Source: an uncultured Verrucomicrobiae bacterium
GTDB lineage: Bacteria; Verrucomicrobiota; Verrucomicrobiia; Limisphaerales; Palsa-1400
Assembly (NCBI GenBank): GCA_963764165.1
Contig: CAVXRD010000003.1
Coordinates: 448,001 to 512,000 of the forward strand
Reading direction: 5' to 3'
Length of the DNA: 64,000 nt
Made by a program: the position numbers and the translations under genes. Shown here one piece after another: positions 50,460 to 60,777 of the stretch. The notes under the pieces were generated by a model. That model worked only from the letters and a program-made list of their open reading frames with translations. It was not told the origin of the DNA and did not search any database. Within the stretch, counting starts at the first letter, position 1. Each line of letters opens with the position of its first letter.

Positions 50460-51467
50460 TTATTCCCGGGGCGGCGGGAGCTTCCGGGGGAAAATGGAAA
50501 TCCAGACCTGCCGAAACACCCAGAATGGCAGTCGGACGACATTGATCGCATATTCATCCTCGCGAATAATGTTCCTGAGGGTGGCTAGGAAAAGTTTGGG
50601 ACTGCGCGATTTTATGGCTGCCACCCCATTAAGGAGCGCGCGGCAGGAACAGAAGAAAATGCTGTCGCGCTTGAACGTTTTCCATTCGTCGGCAAACATT
50701 TCCTGGACTGTTTTGTCGGCAAGAATTTGACGTGTCACCATATAGAAGACGCTCGTCTTAAATCCACCTACATGAAGGCTTGCCGTATGACCGACGGCTA
50801 CTAGCCGCCACGAAGTAAGCACTTCGTCTATGTAATAAAAATCCCACTTTGTCGCAATTTGCATGCAAAGCAAAAGATCGCCGGCAAAATCCGCCTCGAC
50901 CGGAAAGGGCCAGCCGAGCCTGAGCGCTTCCATTCGATACATGATGCCGCTGGGAACCGTGCATGGATAATCGCGTGTCAGAAAATCGCGCAGAATCTGT
51001 TTGCGCGGGACCAGGGCATCCCCCACGCGGTAGCGGTAGCGGTGGCTCATCGTGCGGAACAAATAGAACTTCGGAAAGATTCTCCGGTCGTCGGCATCGA
51101 TCAATTCCATCGGCGCCATCACGATGCCGGCAGTCGGATTTTTCTCAAACGCCGCCACGAACTTCTCCACCATGCGCGGCTTGGCCAGATCATCGTCCAT
51201 CAGCAAATAGACGTACTTTCCGCGCACCAGCGACACGGCGCGATTGCAACTGCCCGTGGCGCCAATGTTGCCTTCGTTCTTGAAATAGCGAATGCGCGGA
51301 TCCGTCCAAGTCGCCGCCATTTCCGCGGTGGCGTTGTTGGTGCTGTTGTCGGTGATGATGATTTCCCAATCCGAGAACGTTTGTTTTACGCACGACTCGA
51401 CGGCCCGCCGCAAGTATTCAGGGCGGTTGTAAGTGGGAATGCAGATGGAAACCAGCGGAGGGTTCAC
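50460..51467 (-). CDS. family 2 glycosyltransferase
   Basis: VSICIPTYNR, IITDNS, LMDDD; GTG start. Confidence 0.9.
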   Translation of the reverse strand: MNPPLVSICIPTYNRPEYLRRAVESCVKQTFSDWEIIITDNSTNNATAEMAATWTDPRIRYFKNEGNIGATGSCNRAVSLVRGKYVYLLMDDDLAKPRMVEKFVAAFEKNPTAGIVMAPMELIDADDRRIFPKFYLFRTMSHRYRYRVGDALVPRKQILRDFLTRDYPCTVPSGIMYRMEALRLGWPFPVEADFAGDLLLCMQIATKWDFYYIDEVLTSWRLVAVGHTASLHVGGFKTSVFYMVTRQILADKTVQEMFADEWKTFKRDSIFFCSCRALLNGVAAIKSRSPKLFLATLRNIIREDEYAINVVRLPFWVFRQVWISIFPRKLPPPRE

Positions 51468-51563
51468 GCCAGCTCGACGGGGCCGATTCGAAATTGTTTC
51501 ACGGCCATTGATGATGCGCGAGCGGCGAGGCGTGTTTCAAGGGCAAATGGGAATGGGCAACAA

Positions 51564-51666
51564 GGCAGGGACGCCTCGCCGAGGCGTCCGGACCGACGCG
51601 TAAAATTCTCGGGACGCTGGAATTTTGCAATCCTCACCCCGGACGCCTCGGCGAGGCGTCCCTACC
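51564..51666. repeat. best-preserved REP-like doublet, family A
   Basis: GGCAGGGACGCCTCGCCGAGGCGTCCGG and its inverted copy CCGGACGCCTCGGCGAGGCGTCCCTACC, with an AAAATTC..GAATTTT inner stem. Confidence 0.88.
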
Positions 51667-51758
51667 TCGCTTCGCGACTCGAATCTCATTCAACTCAGGG
51701 CAAATAACCGTTGAACTTCGGCGCGTTCTGCGTTATCGAATCCATCCCTTACTTAATC

Positions 51759-53564
51759 ATGAAGCGAGTAGCCGATTATATTTTCGATCACCTGGCCGAG
51801 GCCGGACATCAGCACATATTTCTCATCACCGGTGGCGGCGCGATGTTCCTGAACGATGCGCTGGCCAGTTGCCGCGGCCTCAAATACGTCTGCTGCCACC
51901 ACGAACAGGCGTGCGCGATGGCGGCGGAAGGGTACGCCCGGGTATCCAACAAGACCGGCATCGTGAGCGTCACGACCGGCCCCGGCGGAATCAACGCGCT
52001 CAACGGCGTTTTCGGCGCTTACACGGATTCCATTCCGATGCTCGTGATTTCAGGCCAGGTGAAATTGGAGACGTGCCTCAGCTCTTACGATCTTCCGAAC
52101 TTGCGCCAATTGGGCGATCAGGAAGTGGAAATCGTAAAGATGGTCAAGAGCATCACAAAGTATGCCGTGATGGTGCGCGATCCGAAAACGATTCGCTATC
52201 ATTTGGAACGGGCGCTCCATCTCGCTTCGCACGGCCGCCCGGGACCCTGCTGGCTGGATATTCCTGTTGACGTCCAGTCCGCCATGATCGATCCAGAAAC
52301 ACTTCAAGCCTACGATCCCAAGGAAGACGAATTGGCCGCCGACCATTCTGAATTGGCGAAACAATGCCGCACCATTCTCGACAAACTTCGCAACGCTCAA
52401 CGGCCTGTCATCATGCCGGGAACGGGCGTGCGCCTCGCCGGGGCCGTCGAACTTTTTGAAGACGTCATCACCAAATTGGGACTGCCCGTCGCAGCCGCAT
52501 GGACGGCCCCCGACGTCATCCCTTCCGACAATCCCCACTTCTGCGGACGGGCCAGCAGCATCGGTGATCGCGCGGGGAATTTCACCGTGCAGAATTCCGA
52601 TTTGCTTTTGGTGCTCGGCTCGCGGCTGAACATTCGCCAGATCAGTTACAATTGGAAGGATTTCGCCAAGAACGCCTACAAAATCCACGTCGATGTGGAT
52701 CCGGCCGAATTGGACAAGCCGATGGTGAAACCGGACATGACGGTCGCGGCGGATTTGAAAGCGTTTCTCACCGAGATGAAATCGCAAATCGACGCCGATG
52801 GATTCGACGGCAAGAAACACGCGGACTGGCTGGCTTGGTGCCGCGAGCGCGTGAAGCGTTATCCGGTTGTCACGGAAAAACAGCGCAACGGATTTCCCAT
52901 CAATTCGTATCATTTCCTCGACGTGCTGATTCACCGACTCACGCCGCAAGACATTATTGTCTGCGGCGACGGGACGGCTTCGGTGGTTCCCTTCCAAGTT
53001 GCTTACATCAAGCGCGGGCTGCGGATGTTCGCCAATTCCGGCAGCGCTTCGATGGGCTATGACATCCCCGCTTCAATTGGCGCGGCTTGCGCAGGTGGCG
53101 GGCGGCGGATCATTTGCCTCGCGGGAGATGGCAGCAGCCACATGAACATTCAGGAGCTGCAAACGATTTTCCACCATCAACTGCCGATCAAAATTTTCAT
53201 ATTGAACAACGGTGGCTATCTCTCGATGCGTTTGACGCAGGGCGGATTTTTCAAGGGCAACTTCATCGGCGAAAGTCCGCGCAGCGGAATCTCTTTTCCC
53301 GACTACGCCAAGCTGGCTATCGCCTACGGCTTGCCCGCGATTCGGATGGAGGCGAAGGAATTCGGCCCTCAACTCGACGAGTTTCTGGCCAAGCCAGGCC
53401 CCGCCCTGTGCGAAGTGATGCTCGACCCCGCGCAAGGATTCGAGCCGCGCCTCAGCTCGCGCCAATTGCCGGATGGCAAGATCGTGACCGCATCGTTCGA
53501 GGACATGGCGCCGTTCTTGAGCCGCGAGGAATTGGCGGAAAACATGATTGTCCCGCAGGCATGA
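51759..53564 (+). CDS. ThDP-dependent acetolactate-synthase-like enzyme (YerE-like)
   Basis: HHEQACAMAAEGYAR, TTGPGG, GDGS...NNGGYLS ThDP motif; sugar-cluster context. Confidence 0.85.
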   Translation: MKRVADYIFDHLAEAGHQHIFLITGGGAMFLNDALASCRGLKYVCCHHEQACAMAAEGYARVSNKTGIVSVTTGPGGINALNGVFGAYTDSIPMLVISGQVKLETCLSSYDLPNLRQLGDQEVEIVKMVKSITKYAVMVRDPKTIRYHLERALHLASHGRPGPCWLDIPVDVQSAMIDPETLQAYDPKEDELAADHSELAKQCRTILDKLRNAQRPVIMPGTGVRLAGAVELFEDVITKLGLPVAAAWTAPDVIPSDNPHFCGRASSIGDRAGNFTVQNSDLLLVLGSRLNIRQISYNWKDFAKNAYKIHVDVDPAELDKPMVKPDMTVAADLKAFLTEMKSQIDADGFDGKKHADWLAWCRERVKRYPVVTEKQRNGFPINSYHFLDVLIHRLTPQDIIVCGDGTASVVPFQVAYIKRGLRMFANSGSASMGYDIPASIGAACAGGGRRIICLAGDGSSHMNIQELQTIFHHQLPIKIFILNNGGYLSMRLTQGGFFKGNFIGESPRSGISFPDYAKLAIAYGLPAIRMEAKEFGPQLDEFLAKPGPALCEVMLDPAQGFEPRLSSRQLPDGKIVTASFEDMAPFLSREELAENMIVPQA

Positions 53565-54214
53565 GTCCGCTCCCGCGGTCCATCATCTTCGACTTGGACG
53601 GCACGCTTATCGATTCCAGATCGGTGATTCTGGAATGCTTCGACTGCGCCGCAAACGCGGTCTTTCCGGGCGTGAGTTATGACCGGCAAGCCGTTCGGCT
53701 CGGCCCGCCGTTGAGGAAGATGTTCCAAATCACATTCCCATCCGCGACGGATGCCGACATCGATAATCTGCTGAAAAACTTTCGGCGGCAATATGATCAG
53801 GATGCTCCAGCCAAAACACCCGCTTACGACAGAACGGCAGACCTTCTGGCGCATTGCAAAAGCTGTGGCATTCGCCTCGATGTGGCTACCAATAAGCCAT
53901 CGGGTATTGCGATGAGAATTCTCGCGCATTTGAAATTGGACGGATTTTTTCATTCGATCATCGGCTTGGATTCCGTGCAACCGCCCTTCCCCAGCAAAGG
54001 AGAAATGGTGCGGCACATTCTGCGCTCTGGCGCGTTGAAGGCGGCGGAAACTTGGTACGTCGGCGATTCGGCGGAAGACGCCGCCGCAGCCGCGCAATCC
54101 GGGCTGCCGTTCGTCTGGGCCAGCTACGGATACGGCCATATTGGCAAGGCGGAACGGGGCGCAATTTTTCGTTCGATTCAATCCGTGGCGGAATTGCAAC
54201 AAATGCTGGCCTAG
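53561..54214 (+). CDS. HAD-family phosphatase
   Basis: FDLDGTLIDS, ATNK, VGDSAED; ATGA overlap. Confidence 0.88.
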   Translation: MSPLPRSIIFDLDGTLIDSRSVILECFDCAANAVFPGVSYDRQAVRLGPPLRKMFQITFPSATDADIDNLLKNFRRQYDQDAPAKTPAYDRTADLLAHCKSCGIRLDVATNKPSGIAMRILAHLKLDGFFHSIIGLDSVQPPFPSKGEMVRHILRSGALKAAETWYVGDSAEDAAAAAQSGLPFVWASYGYGHIGKAERGAIFRSIQSVAELQQMLA

Positions 54215-54272
54215 CGAATCCGGTCTTGGCAATCGGCCCGGATTTCGATTAAGCTAAATTGGTTCAACAACG

Positions 54273-55421
54273 ATGAAAGCTGATATTTTTGAAGATTTGT
54301 TCGTTCTCGAGATGGCCAACAACCACTTGGGCAACCTCGACCGCGGCCTTGCCATTATTGACAAGTTCAGCAAGATCGTCCGCTTTAATGGCGTCCTAGC
54401 CGCCATCAAGATTCAATTGCGCGACGTCAACACGCTGATTCACGAGAATTACCGCCATCGCGAGGACATCCGTTACATCAAGAAAACGCTCCAGACGGCG
54501 ATGCCCCCGGAAAATTACGCCACCCTGGTCAACGCCGTCCGCAGCTCCGGCGCGCGCACGTGCGCCACGCCGTTCGATGAGGCCTCCGTCGACATGTGCG
54601 TCAATCTGGGTGTGCAATACATCAAACTGGCCAGCTCGGATTTGAACGATTGGTTCCTGATTGAGAAAATCGCCAAGACCCGCAAACCCGTCATCGCGTC
54701 CACCGGCGGTTCGACGTTGAAAGACATTGATGATTTGGTGACGTTTTTCGAGAACCGCAACATCCCGCTCGCGATCAACCATTGCGTCTCGCTTTACCCG
54801 ACCGAGGACAGTGAATTGGAAATGAACCAGATCGATTTTCTGAAGAATCGTTATCCGGACGTCACCATCGGGTTCTCCTCGCACGAATATCACACGTGGG
54901 ACGCCTCGATGTATATCGCTTATGCGAAGGGCGCCCGCACCTTCGAGCGCCACATTGATATTGACGACGACGGCATCAAAGTCTCGCCATATTGCAGCAC
55001 GCCCGCGCAAGTGGACACGTGGTTCAAGGCCTACCGCAAAGCGAAGGAAATGTGCGGCGGCGGCGCCCAAACCAAGCGCGTCCCGCCGGTCGGCGAAATC
55101 AAGTATCTCGACGCCCTCGTCCGCGGCGTCTTCGCCAAACGCGACCTCCCCGCCGGCACCAAGCTGACGGACGACGACGTCTACCTCGCGATCCCATTGC
55201 TCAAGGGCCAAATTTCCTGCCGCGAACTGATGCGCGGCGAAGTCCTGCTGCGAGACGTCGCCGCAAAAGCGCCCTTGAACATCGACGACATCGACAGCCC
55301 CTACTCAGGCTCCGACGACTTGAAGAAAACGATCTACTCCCGCGGTCTCGACCCAACCGGCACCGAAGACGCCGCCGCCAAAGGCTCCAAAGGCATAGAC
55401 CAGTCGAATAAGACGCTGTAA
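54273..55421 (+). CDS. N-acetylneuraminate synthase (NeuB) family protein with SAF domain
   Basis: EMANNHLG, TPFD, KLASSD, HCVSLYP, GFSSHE, FERH; C-terminal RGVFAKRDLPAG. Confidence 0.88.
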   Translation: MKADIFEDLFVLEMANNHLGNLDRGLAIIDKFSKIVRFNGVLAAIKIQLRDVNTLIHENYRHREDIRYIKKTLQTAMPPENYATLVNAVRSSGARTCATPFDEASVDMCVNLGVQYIKLASSDLNDWFLIEKIAKTRKPVIASTGGSTLKDIDDLVTFFENRNIPLAINHCVSLYPTEDSELEMNQIDFLKNRYPDVTIGFSSHEYHTWDASMYIAYAKGARTFERHIDIDDDGIKVSPYCSTPAQVDTWFKAYRKAKEMCGGGAQTKRVPPVGEIKYLDALVRGVFAKRDLPAGTKLTDDDVYLAIPLLKGQISCRELMRGEVLLRDVAAKAPLNIDDIDSPYSGSDDLKKTIYSRGLDPTGTEDAAAKGSKGIDQSNKTL

Positions 55422-55431
55422 GGCTCATCGA

Positions 55432-56569
55432 ATGAGCAACGGCGAACTGTACCGACAGGTGGAGAAAGCGTTGGAAGACTTCATTGCTGGGGAAAACTGC
55501 GCGCCGGTCTGGAACGATAGGAAAGTTGTGATTTATGGCGCGGGTGAGTTTGGCCGCGATCTAGCAAGAGCGCTCCACCGTGAACCCGAGGTTGCACTTT
55601 TGGGTTTTCTGGATCAAAAAGGCATCGGCCAACCGATTTTCGACGGCCTTGGCTCGCATCCCCTTGGCTCGGCAGCAGCAAACCAATGGCTTGCCGAAAG
55701 GCCGGTGGTGATGATCGGAGCGCATAACAACCGAGCGAAATTACGCGATATCAAAACGGCATTAAAGAGTGCCGGATTTGAAGATGTGCTCACACCAATG
55801 GAGGTCTATCAGAGACTCGGAAGCAAACTCGGTTGGCGCTTTTGGCTGGGAAAGCCAAAGGACTATCAAGGCGCAGCCGACGCGATTCATAAGTTGCGTC
55901 CTCATTGGGCCGACGAACGGAGCGAACGCCTTTATCTTGAAACGCTGCTATTCAGAATCTCTTTCGATCTCGAAAGAGTCTCCGAACCCGCCGGTTCCTC
56001 CATCCAATACTGTGACCCCACGGTGCCGCGCTGGAAGGAGCCGCTTCACATGGTTGATGGCGGGGCTTACACCGGCGATTCTTTTGAGCAAATGCATGCC
56101 GCAGGCTATAAATTCGAATCAATCTATGCCTTCGAGCCAGATGCTGAAAATTTCACCAAACTGACAACCGCGTCAGCTAAATTTGCGCCGCGAACAAAAG
56201 TCAGCCTTTGGCCTTGCGGCCTATGGTCCTCAACGCGCCGATTGCATTTTGCGGAGGGGGACGGGACTTCGAGCAAGATTACGGATGTTGGGAATTCGAT
56301 TTTGCCCGTCGTGGCGCTCGATGAAGTCTTGCATGGAATTGATGTAAACCTGCTTAAATTCGACATTGAGGGTGCCGAATTGGACGCCCTCAAAGGCTCA
56401 CAAAAGATTATCGAGCGCTGCCACCCTGGGCTTGCCATGTGTCTTTACCACCATCCAGAGCATTTGTGGTCAATTCCGCTTTGGATCGCCAGTGTTTATG
56501 CGGATTACCGATTCTACTATCGAGCTTACGAGCACAACACTTGGGAGACCTGTACTCTACGCGGTTTAG
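55432..56569 (+). CDS. FkbM-family methyltransferase (1-nt insertion near 56550 as sequenced)
   Basis: VDGGAYTGD, YAFEPD, KFDIEGAE, CLYHHPEHLW; removing one C from GAGACCTGTA gives the family-typical end WETVLYAV*. Confidence 0.8.
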
Positions 56570-56643
56570 CACCCATTATTCCGCTTGACGCTGAACAGGG
56601 TTATGCTGTTAAATTAGCGATTGACAAGGCTAAAAACAATGCT

Positions 56644-58353
56644 ATGAATCCAAAAATTGCCATATTTGCATCATTAGTGGCGAGTTTGAGTCTATCCCCA
56701 TCTGCACAGGCGCAATCTTTTCTTACAAACGGACTGATTGCTCTCTATCCGTTTGATGGAAACGCGCGCGATTACACAACGAATGCTCACAACGGAAACC
56801 TTTTCGGAACAACCGCTTTCGCGCCGGATCGATTTGGCAACCCTAACTCATGCCTAGCTTTGTCTGGTGGGCAGGGAATTGGCTCTGGAGTCGACATTCC
56901 CTCGCTTGCAAACATGTCTTACTATCCCGCCACGTACACGGCATGGTGTTTGGTCAGTAATTTCCCTGCGACAACTGGCGACCTTATTGTGATGACGCTG
57001 ATCGGACGGGAGCAGTGTGGCCAACAGACGGATGGGTCTATTGATTTTTGCACCGTTCAGGACGCCAGTGGAGACAATCACTTTAACTATTTTACCGGCG
57101 GAACTGGCACTCACCTGACGAACGGCACTCCAACCAATCAATGGTTCCAACTAGCGGTTACAATATCTTCCAACGGCGCGCTAACCATGTATGTGAATGG
57201 AACTAATATGCCGATGTCGGGGCCGGGTACGGCGGTCCAGGGTGTTTCGGAGGATTTTCGGATTGGAGCCTCCAGCGGCGGTGGTTGTAGTTATGAATAT
57301 GTTTGGAATGGCTTGATCGACGACGTTCGAATTTATAACCGGGCGCTGTCCAATTCCGAGGTGCTCGCTCTATACCAGTATGAATCCCCTCCATGCCTGA
57401 ACGAACCGGCCTTCGCCACGGCGATCGTGACTAACGGGTTTGTCATAGGCGTCACCTTGCAAGACGGCGGTTGCGGATTCACTAATGCGCCTCAAGTAGC
57501 CTTTGTGGGCGGCGCCGGAACGGGCGCAGCCGGCTACGCGGTTATTAGCAATGGCGTTGTCACCGGGGTCAACATCACCGACGCGGGCATTGGTTACGTG
57601 TCGCCGCCGCAAGTGATTATCGGTGAATCCCCATCCATAGTCACAGAACCAGCCTCAACAAACGTGGACGCGAATACGCCCGCATATTTCAGCGTCGCCG
57701 CCATAGGCACGAGTTCGATGTCCTACCAATGGTTGTTTGACGGCTCGAATGTCGCCGGTGCCATTTCCAACATGCTGACCTTTTCAAACGTCGTGCAGAC
57801 AAACTTGGGAAGCTACTCCGTCGTTATCAGCAATATATTCGGCTCGGTGACAAGCTCGGTGGCTGTGCTGGGAATGTATCCATATTTGAATCAGACGTTT
57901 GCGGGATTGGAGACCGATTGGGGCTATACAAACACCCTCAGCGTTGGCGCTTGGGGAACGGGGCCGTTGACGTATCAATGGTACTTTGATGGCAGCGCGA
58001 TTAGCGGCGCGACGAGTTCAAATTTGACGCTAAGCGCCATCCAGTTCACCAATGCCGGGCTTTACTCGGTGGTTGTTTCAGACGCTTTAGGCAGCGTGAC
58101 AAATACACCCGAACAAGTGGTTGTAAATCCCTCTGGCGTCGCCATCGGCCTGTCTCCCACGATCACGATCAGCGGCGTCGTAGGATACAATTACGCGATC
58201 CAGCGCAACAGTGATTTAAGCAACACCAACACTTGGGTGACGATTACAAATTTAACCCTGACCCAACCCGTCCAAATTTGGGCTGACACCAGTATCAATG
58301 TCGCCATCCCTGGAAGTTCGCAGCAGTTCTATCGAGTTTTGCCGGCGCACTGA
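56644..58353 (+). CDS. exported LamG plus two Ig-like domains with C-terminal domain
   Basis: Own signal peptide MNPKIAIFASLVASLSLSPSAQA; GLIALYPFDGNA, GLIDDVRIYNRALS; YQW..G Ig motifs; ends QFYRVLPAH. Confidence 0.82.
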   Translation: MNPKIAIFASLVASLSLSPSAQAQSFLTNGLIALYPFDGNARDYTTNAHNGNLFGTTAFAPDRFGNPNSCLALSGGQGIGSGVDIPSLANMSYYPATYTAWCLVSNFPATTGDLIVMTLIGREQCGQQTDGSIDFCTVQDASGDNHFNYFTGGTGTHLTNGTPTNQWFQLAVTISSNGALTMYVNGTNMPMSGPGTAVQGVSEDFRIGASSGGGCSYEYVWNGLIDDVRIYNRALSNSEVLALYQYESPPCLNEPAFATAIVTNGFVIGVTLQDGGCGFTNAPQVAFVGGAGTGAAGYAVISNGVVTGVNITDAGIGYVSPPQVIIGESPSIVTEPASTNVDANTPAYFSVAAIGTSSMSYQWLFDGSNVAGAISNMLTFSNVVQTNLGSYSVVISNIFGSVTSSVAVLGMYPYLNQTFAGLETDWGYTNTLSVGAWGTGPLTYQWYFDGSAISGATSSNLTLSAIQFTNAGLYSVVVSDALGSVTNTPEQVVVNPSGVAIGLSPTITISGVVGYNYAIQRNSDLSNTNTWVTITNLTLTQPVQIWADTSINVAIPGSSQQFYRVLPAH

Positions 58354-58374
58354 AGAGCGAGAAATCTGACTTCA

Positions 58375-59577
58375 TTGGGCGCCGAATGGCGCCCCTATTT
58401 TGCCCATCCTCCAAGGAACCCCATGATGCGCCCGGGATTTGCGGTATCGATTGCGCGGAAAGGCCGAATCCGATTTTGGATGCTGGAAGCAGCCTGGATG
58501 ATCACCTTGTTCTTGGGGCAAGGCGCCGGGGCAGAACCTCTTCCCGTAGTCATCGTGTCCCAGCCGCAGAGCCGCTCAGTGGAAATCGGAACCACCACCA
58601 CATTCTCGGTAGTCGTCTCGCGTGGGGATGCCGCGCTGCCGGATGTCACTTCAGGCCAGCTCCAGCTTTGGCTGAAGGCTGATTCAGGCGTCGTCACTGA
58701 TAATGCCGGTCACGTCAGTGCCTGGAAAGATCAATCCGGAAACGACCATAACGCGTTGCAAGAGAACCGCAGCCAACAACCGCTGCTGGCTCCCTCGGTC
58801 TCCGCGATCGGTGGCCGGCCCGCCCTCCGTTTTAACGGCGATCAAGATAACATCCACGGAAGTTACCTCCGTGGCGAGGGTTATATCGGCATTCCGAATG
58901 CGTTAACTACCTTTGTAGTTTACAATGCGTTTGTCGCGACAAATAAGGAAAATCTGTTGTGGCTCATCGGCCAGCCGGGGCTGGTCTACGGCGCGTCGCG
59001 CTGCGACGACGTTTTCGATGGCAACCTGCACTTTTCGACCTGGGCGCATTACTATCAAACCGACTTCAAAATTCCCACCAATACCTATCGCCTATGGATG
59101 GATTGGACAGACCGGAGCGTCCGCATGGTGCATATTTGCGACGTGACGGCAGACAAGACAACCACCATTACAAAGTCGATTTCCAACCCGGCACGCCCTG
59201 ACGCTGGCTATTTTATTGGCGGCTTGAATCCTGAACTCCCGTTTGTCGAGTCCAGCAGATGCTTTAACGGGGACATTGCCGAATTTCTCTGCTACCGCGG
59301 CAGCCTTAGCGAAGCGGATCGACAGGCGGTGATAAATTATCTCCAGCAAAAGTATCTTTTGACGAGCGGCGAGGACAGCCTCCATTACCAGTGGCAAAAG
59401 GGGGATCGTCAAATTTCCGATGCCACAAACGCAACATTGACTCTTACAAATATTGACGCAAATGACGCCGGCATGTACTCAGTCACGATCAAAAATGCCG
59501 GGGGCGCCGCAAAAAGCGTGTCGGCTGCCCTCACCGTGTTTCGAAACGGGCATCCCGTCCGACCAGTGGGCGAGTAA
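58375..59577 (+). CDS. exported Ig-like protein with an inserted ConA/LamG-like domain (start uncertain)
   Basis: IVSQPQS...FSVVV, then [10 protein letters not shown]...NYLQQKY, then YQWQKG...DAGMYSVTI. Confidence 0.75.
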   Translation: MGAEWRPYFAHPPRNPMMRPGFAVSIARKGRIRFWMLEAAWMITLFLGQGAGAEPLPVVIVSQPQSRSVEIGTTTTFSVVVSRGDAALPDVTSGQLQLWLKADSGVVTDNAGHVSAWKDQSGNDHNALQENRSQQPLLAPSVSAIGGRPALRFNGDQDNIHGSYLRGEGYIGIPNALTTFVVYNAFVATNKENLLWLIGQPGLVYGASRCDDVFDGNLHFSTWAHYYQTDFKIPTNTYRLWMDWTDRSVRMVHICDVTADKTTTITKSISNPARPDAGYFIGGLNPELPFVESSRCFNGDIAEFLCYRGSLSEADRQAVINYLQQKYLLTSGEDSLHYQWQKGDRQISDATNATLTLTNIDANDAGMYSVTIKNAGGAAKSVSAALTVFRNGHPVRPVGE

Positions 59578-59693
59578 GCAAGGATTGTCGTCGCAGGGGT
59601 GTGCGTCGAAAAGCTCATGCCGTTCCGGCGACATTAGGCTGTTCCAGCTTGACAATTCTGCCAACTTTTGCTAGCTACTTAGCAGGATCGAAC

Positions 59694-60626
59694 ATGGAGC
59701 TACTTAAACCTTATCCAGGCCGGAGTGCGCGCACCAAGTTGGGAGGGCTCGGCAGCCCGTCAAATTTAGCTTTCACTTTGATCGAATTGCTGGTCGTCAT
59801 TGCCATAATTGCCATTCTGGCAGCTTTGCTATTGCCGGCCTTGACAAAAGCGAAAGCTGAAGCGCAGACCACCGCCTGCATCAGCAACCAGAAGCAGTTG
59901 ACCACGGCTTGGATGATGTACGCTGGCGAGTCCAAGGAATACATCGTGAACAACTTCTGCAACGGGTTCCAAGGTTGCGGGCAGAATGCATGGGTAACCG
60001 AGGGATCCCTTCCGAGCGGAGAATCATGGACTGGGAACCCCAGGCTGGACTCTAATACCGATGCGATCATCCATGGTATTCTGTTTGCGTATAACGGAAA
60101 CACAAAAATTTATTGTTGTCCCTCGGATCGATCCATGTGCAACAATCATCCAACCGTTCCGCGCACCCGCAGTTATTCCATGAGCACAGGGTTGAACTAT
60201 GAAGAGGGCAGCCCCAATTATGAAGCTGATAATGGGACGTATTTAAGAATCACCGATATGCTGCTTCCCCGTCCTGTTTCAACGGCGGTATTCCTTGATG
60301 AGGCCGAGAATTGCATCGACAATAATGCGATCGGCATTTTCTCCGGCTTATGGAATGCCACACACACTGCAATTGACTATACCCAAGGCGACGTCGGTTT
60401 TTGGAATCTGCCGTCAGACCGCCATAGTTATGGTTGCGTTCTGACCTTTGCCGACGGCCACATTGAACATTGGAAGTGGCGCGGCACCGCCATTGGCGTG
60501 GACAACGCCTTGCCTGACAACCCAACGGGGGACCAGGGAACGGGAGTTTATACGCCATGCCCGGCCAACGACCCCGATCTTCTGCGACTGAAGGCGCTGG
60601 TTCCGGTTTATACAGGGCAGCCTTGA
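59694..60626 (+). CDS. prepilin-type N-methylation / H-X9-DG domain protein (DUF1559-like)
   Basis: [53 protein letters not shown]. Confidence 0.9.
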   Translation: MELLKPYPGRSARTKLGGLGSPSNLAFTLIELLVVIAIIAILAALLLPALTKAKAEAQTTACISNQKQLTTAWMMYAGESKEYIVNNFCNGFQGCGQNAWVTEGSLPSGESWTGNPRLDSNTDAIIHGILFAYNGNTKIYCCPSDRSMCNNHPTVPRTRSYSMSTGLNYEEGSPNYEADNGTYLRITDMLLPRPVSTAVFLDEAENCIDNNAIGIFSGLWNATHTAIDYTQGDVGFWNLPSDRHSYGCVLTFADGHIEHWKWRGTAIGVDNALPDNPTGDQGTGVYTPCPANDPDLLRLKALVPVYTGQP

Positions 60627-60777
60627 GCCTGCTGGGGGGTGCGCTGACGCGCCCCTTCGCCCTTTGCTGCGATGTCCAAAATTCCAAACTCCTGACTTGA
60701 CCTGGTTAGGGAAATTCGACATTAATCTGGCTAGTCTGCTCTAAACCGATAATCCAGAGACATTAATTCCGGCTCAT

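Noticed and set aside
12610..51666. Repeated GGACGCCTCGGCGAGGCGTCC as a CRISPR repeat
   Set aside because: Copies are dispersed inverted doublets, not a regularly spaced direct array, and there are no cas genes.
55432..58353. 973-aa FkbM-LamG-Ig fusion as a novel protein
   Set aside because: Explained by a single inserted base; the internal signal peptide and the canonical FkbM ending in another frame show two genes.
60636..60666. Intrinsic terminator after the H-X9-DG prepilin gene
   Set aside because: A GC hairpin is present but the U-tract is weak, so it is not called.
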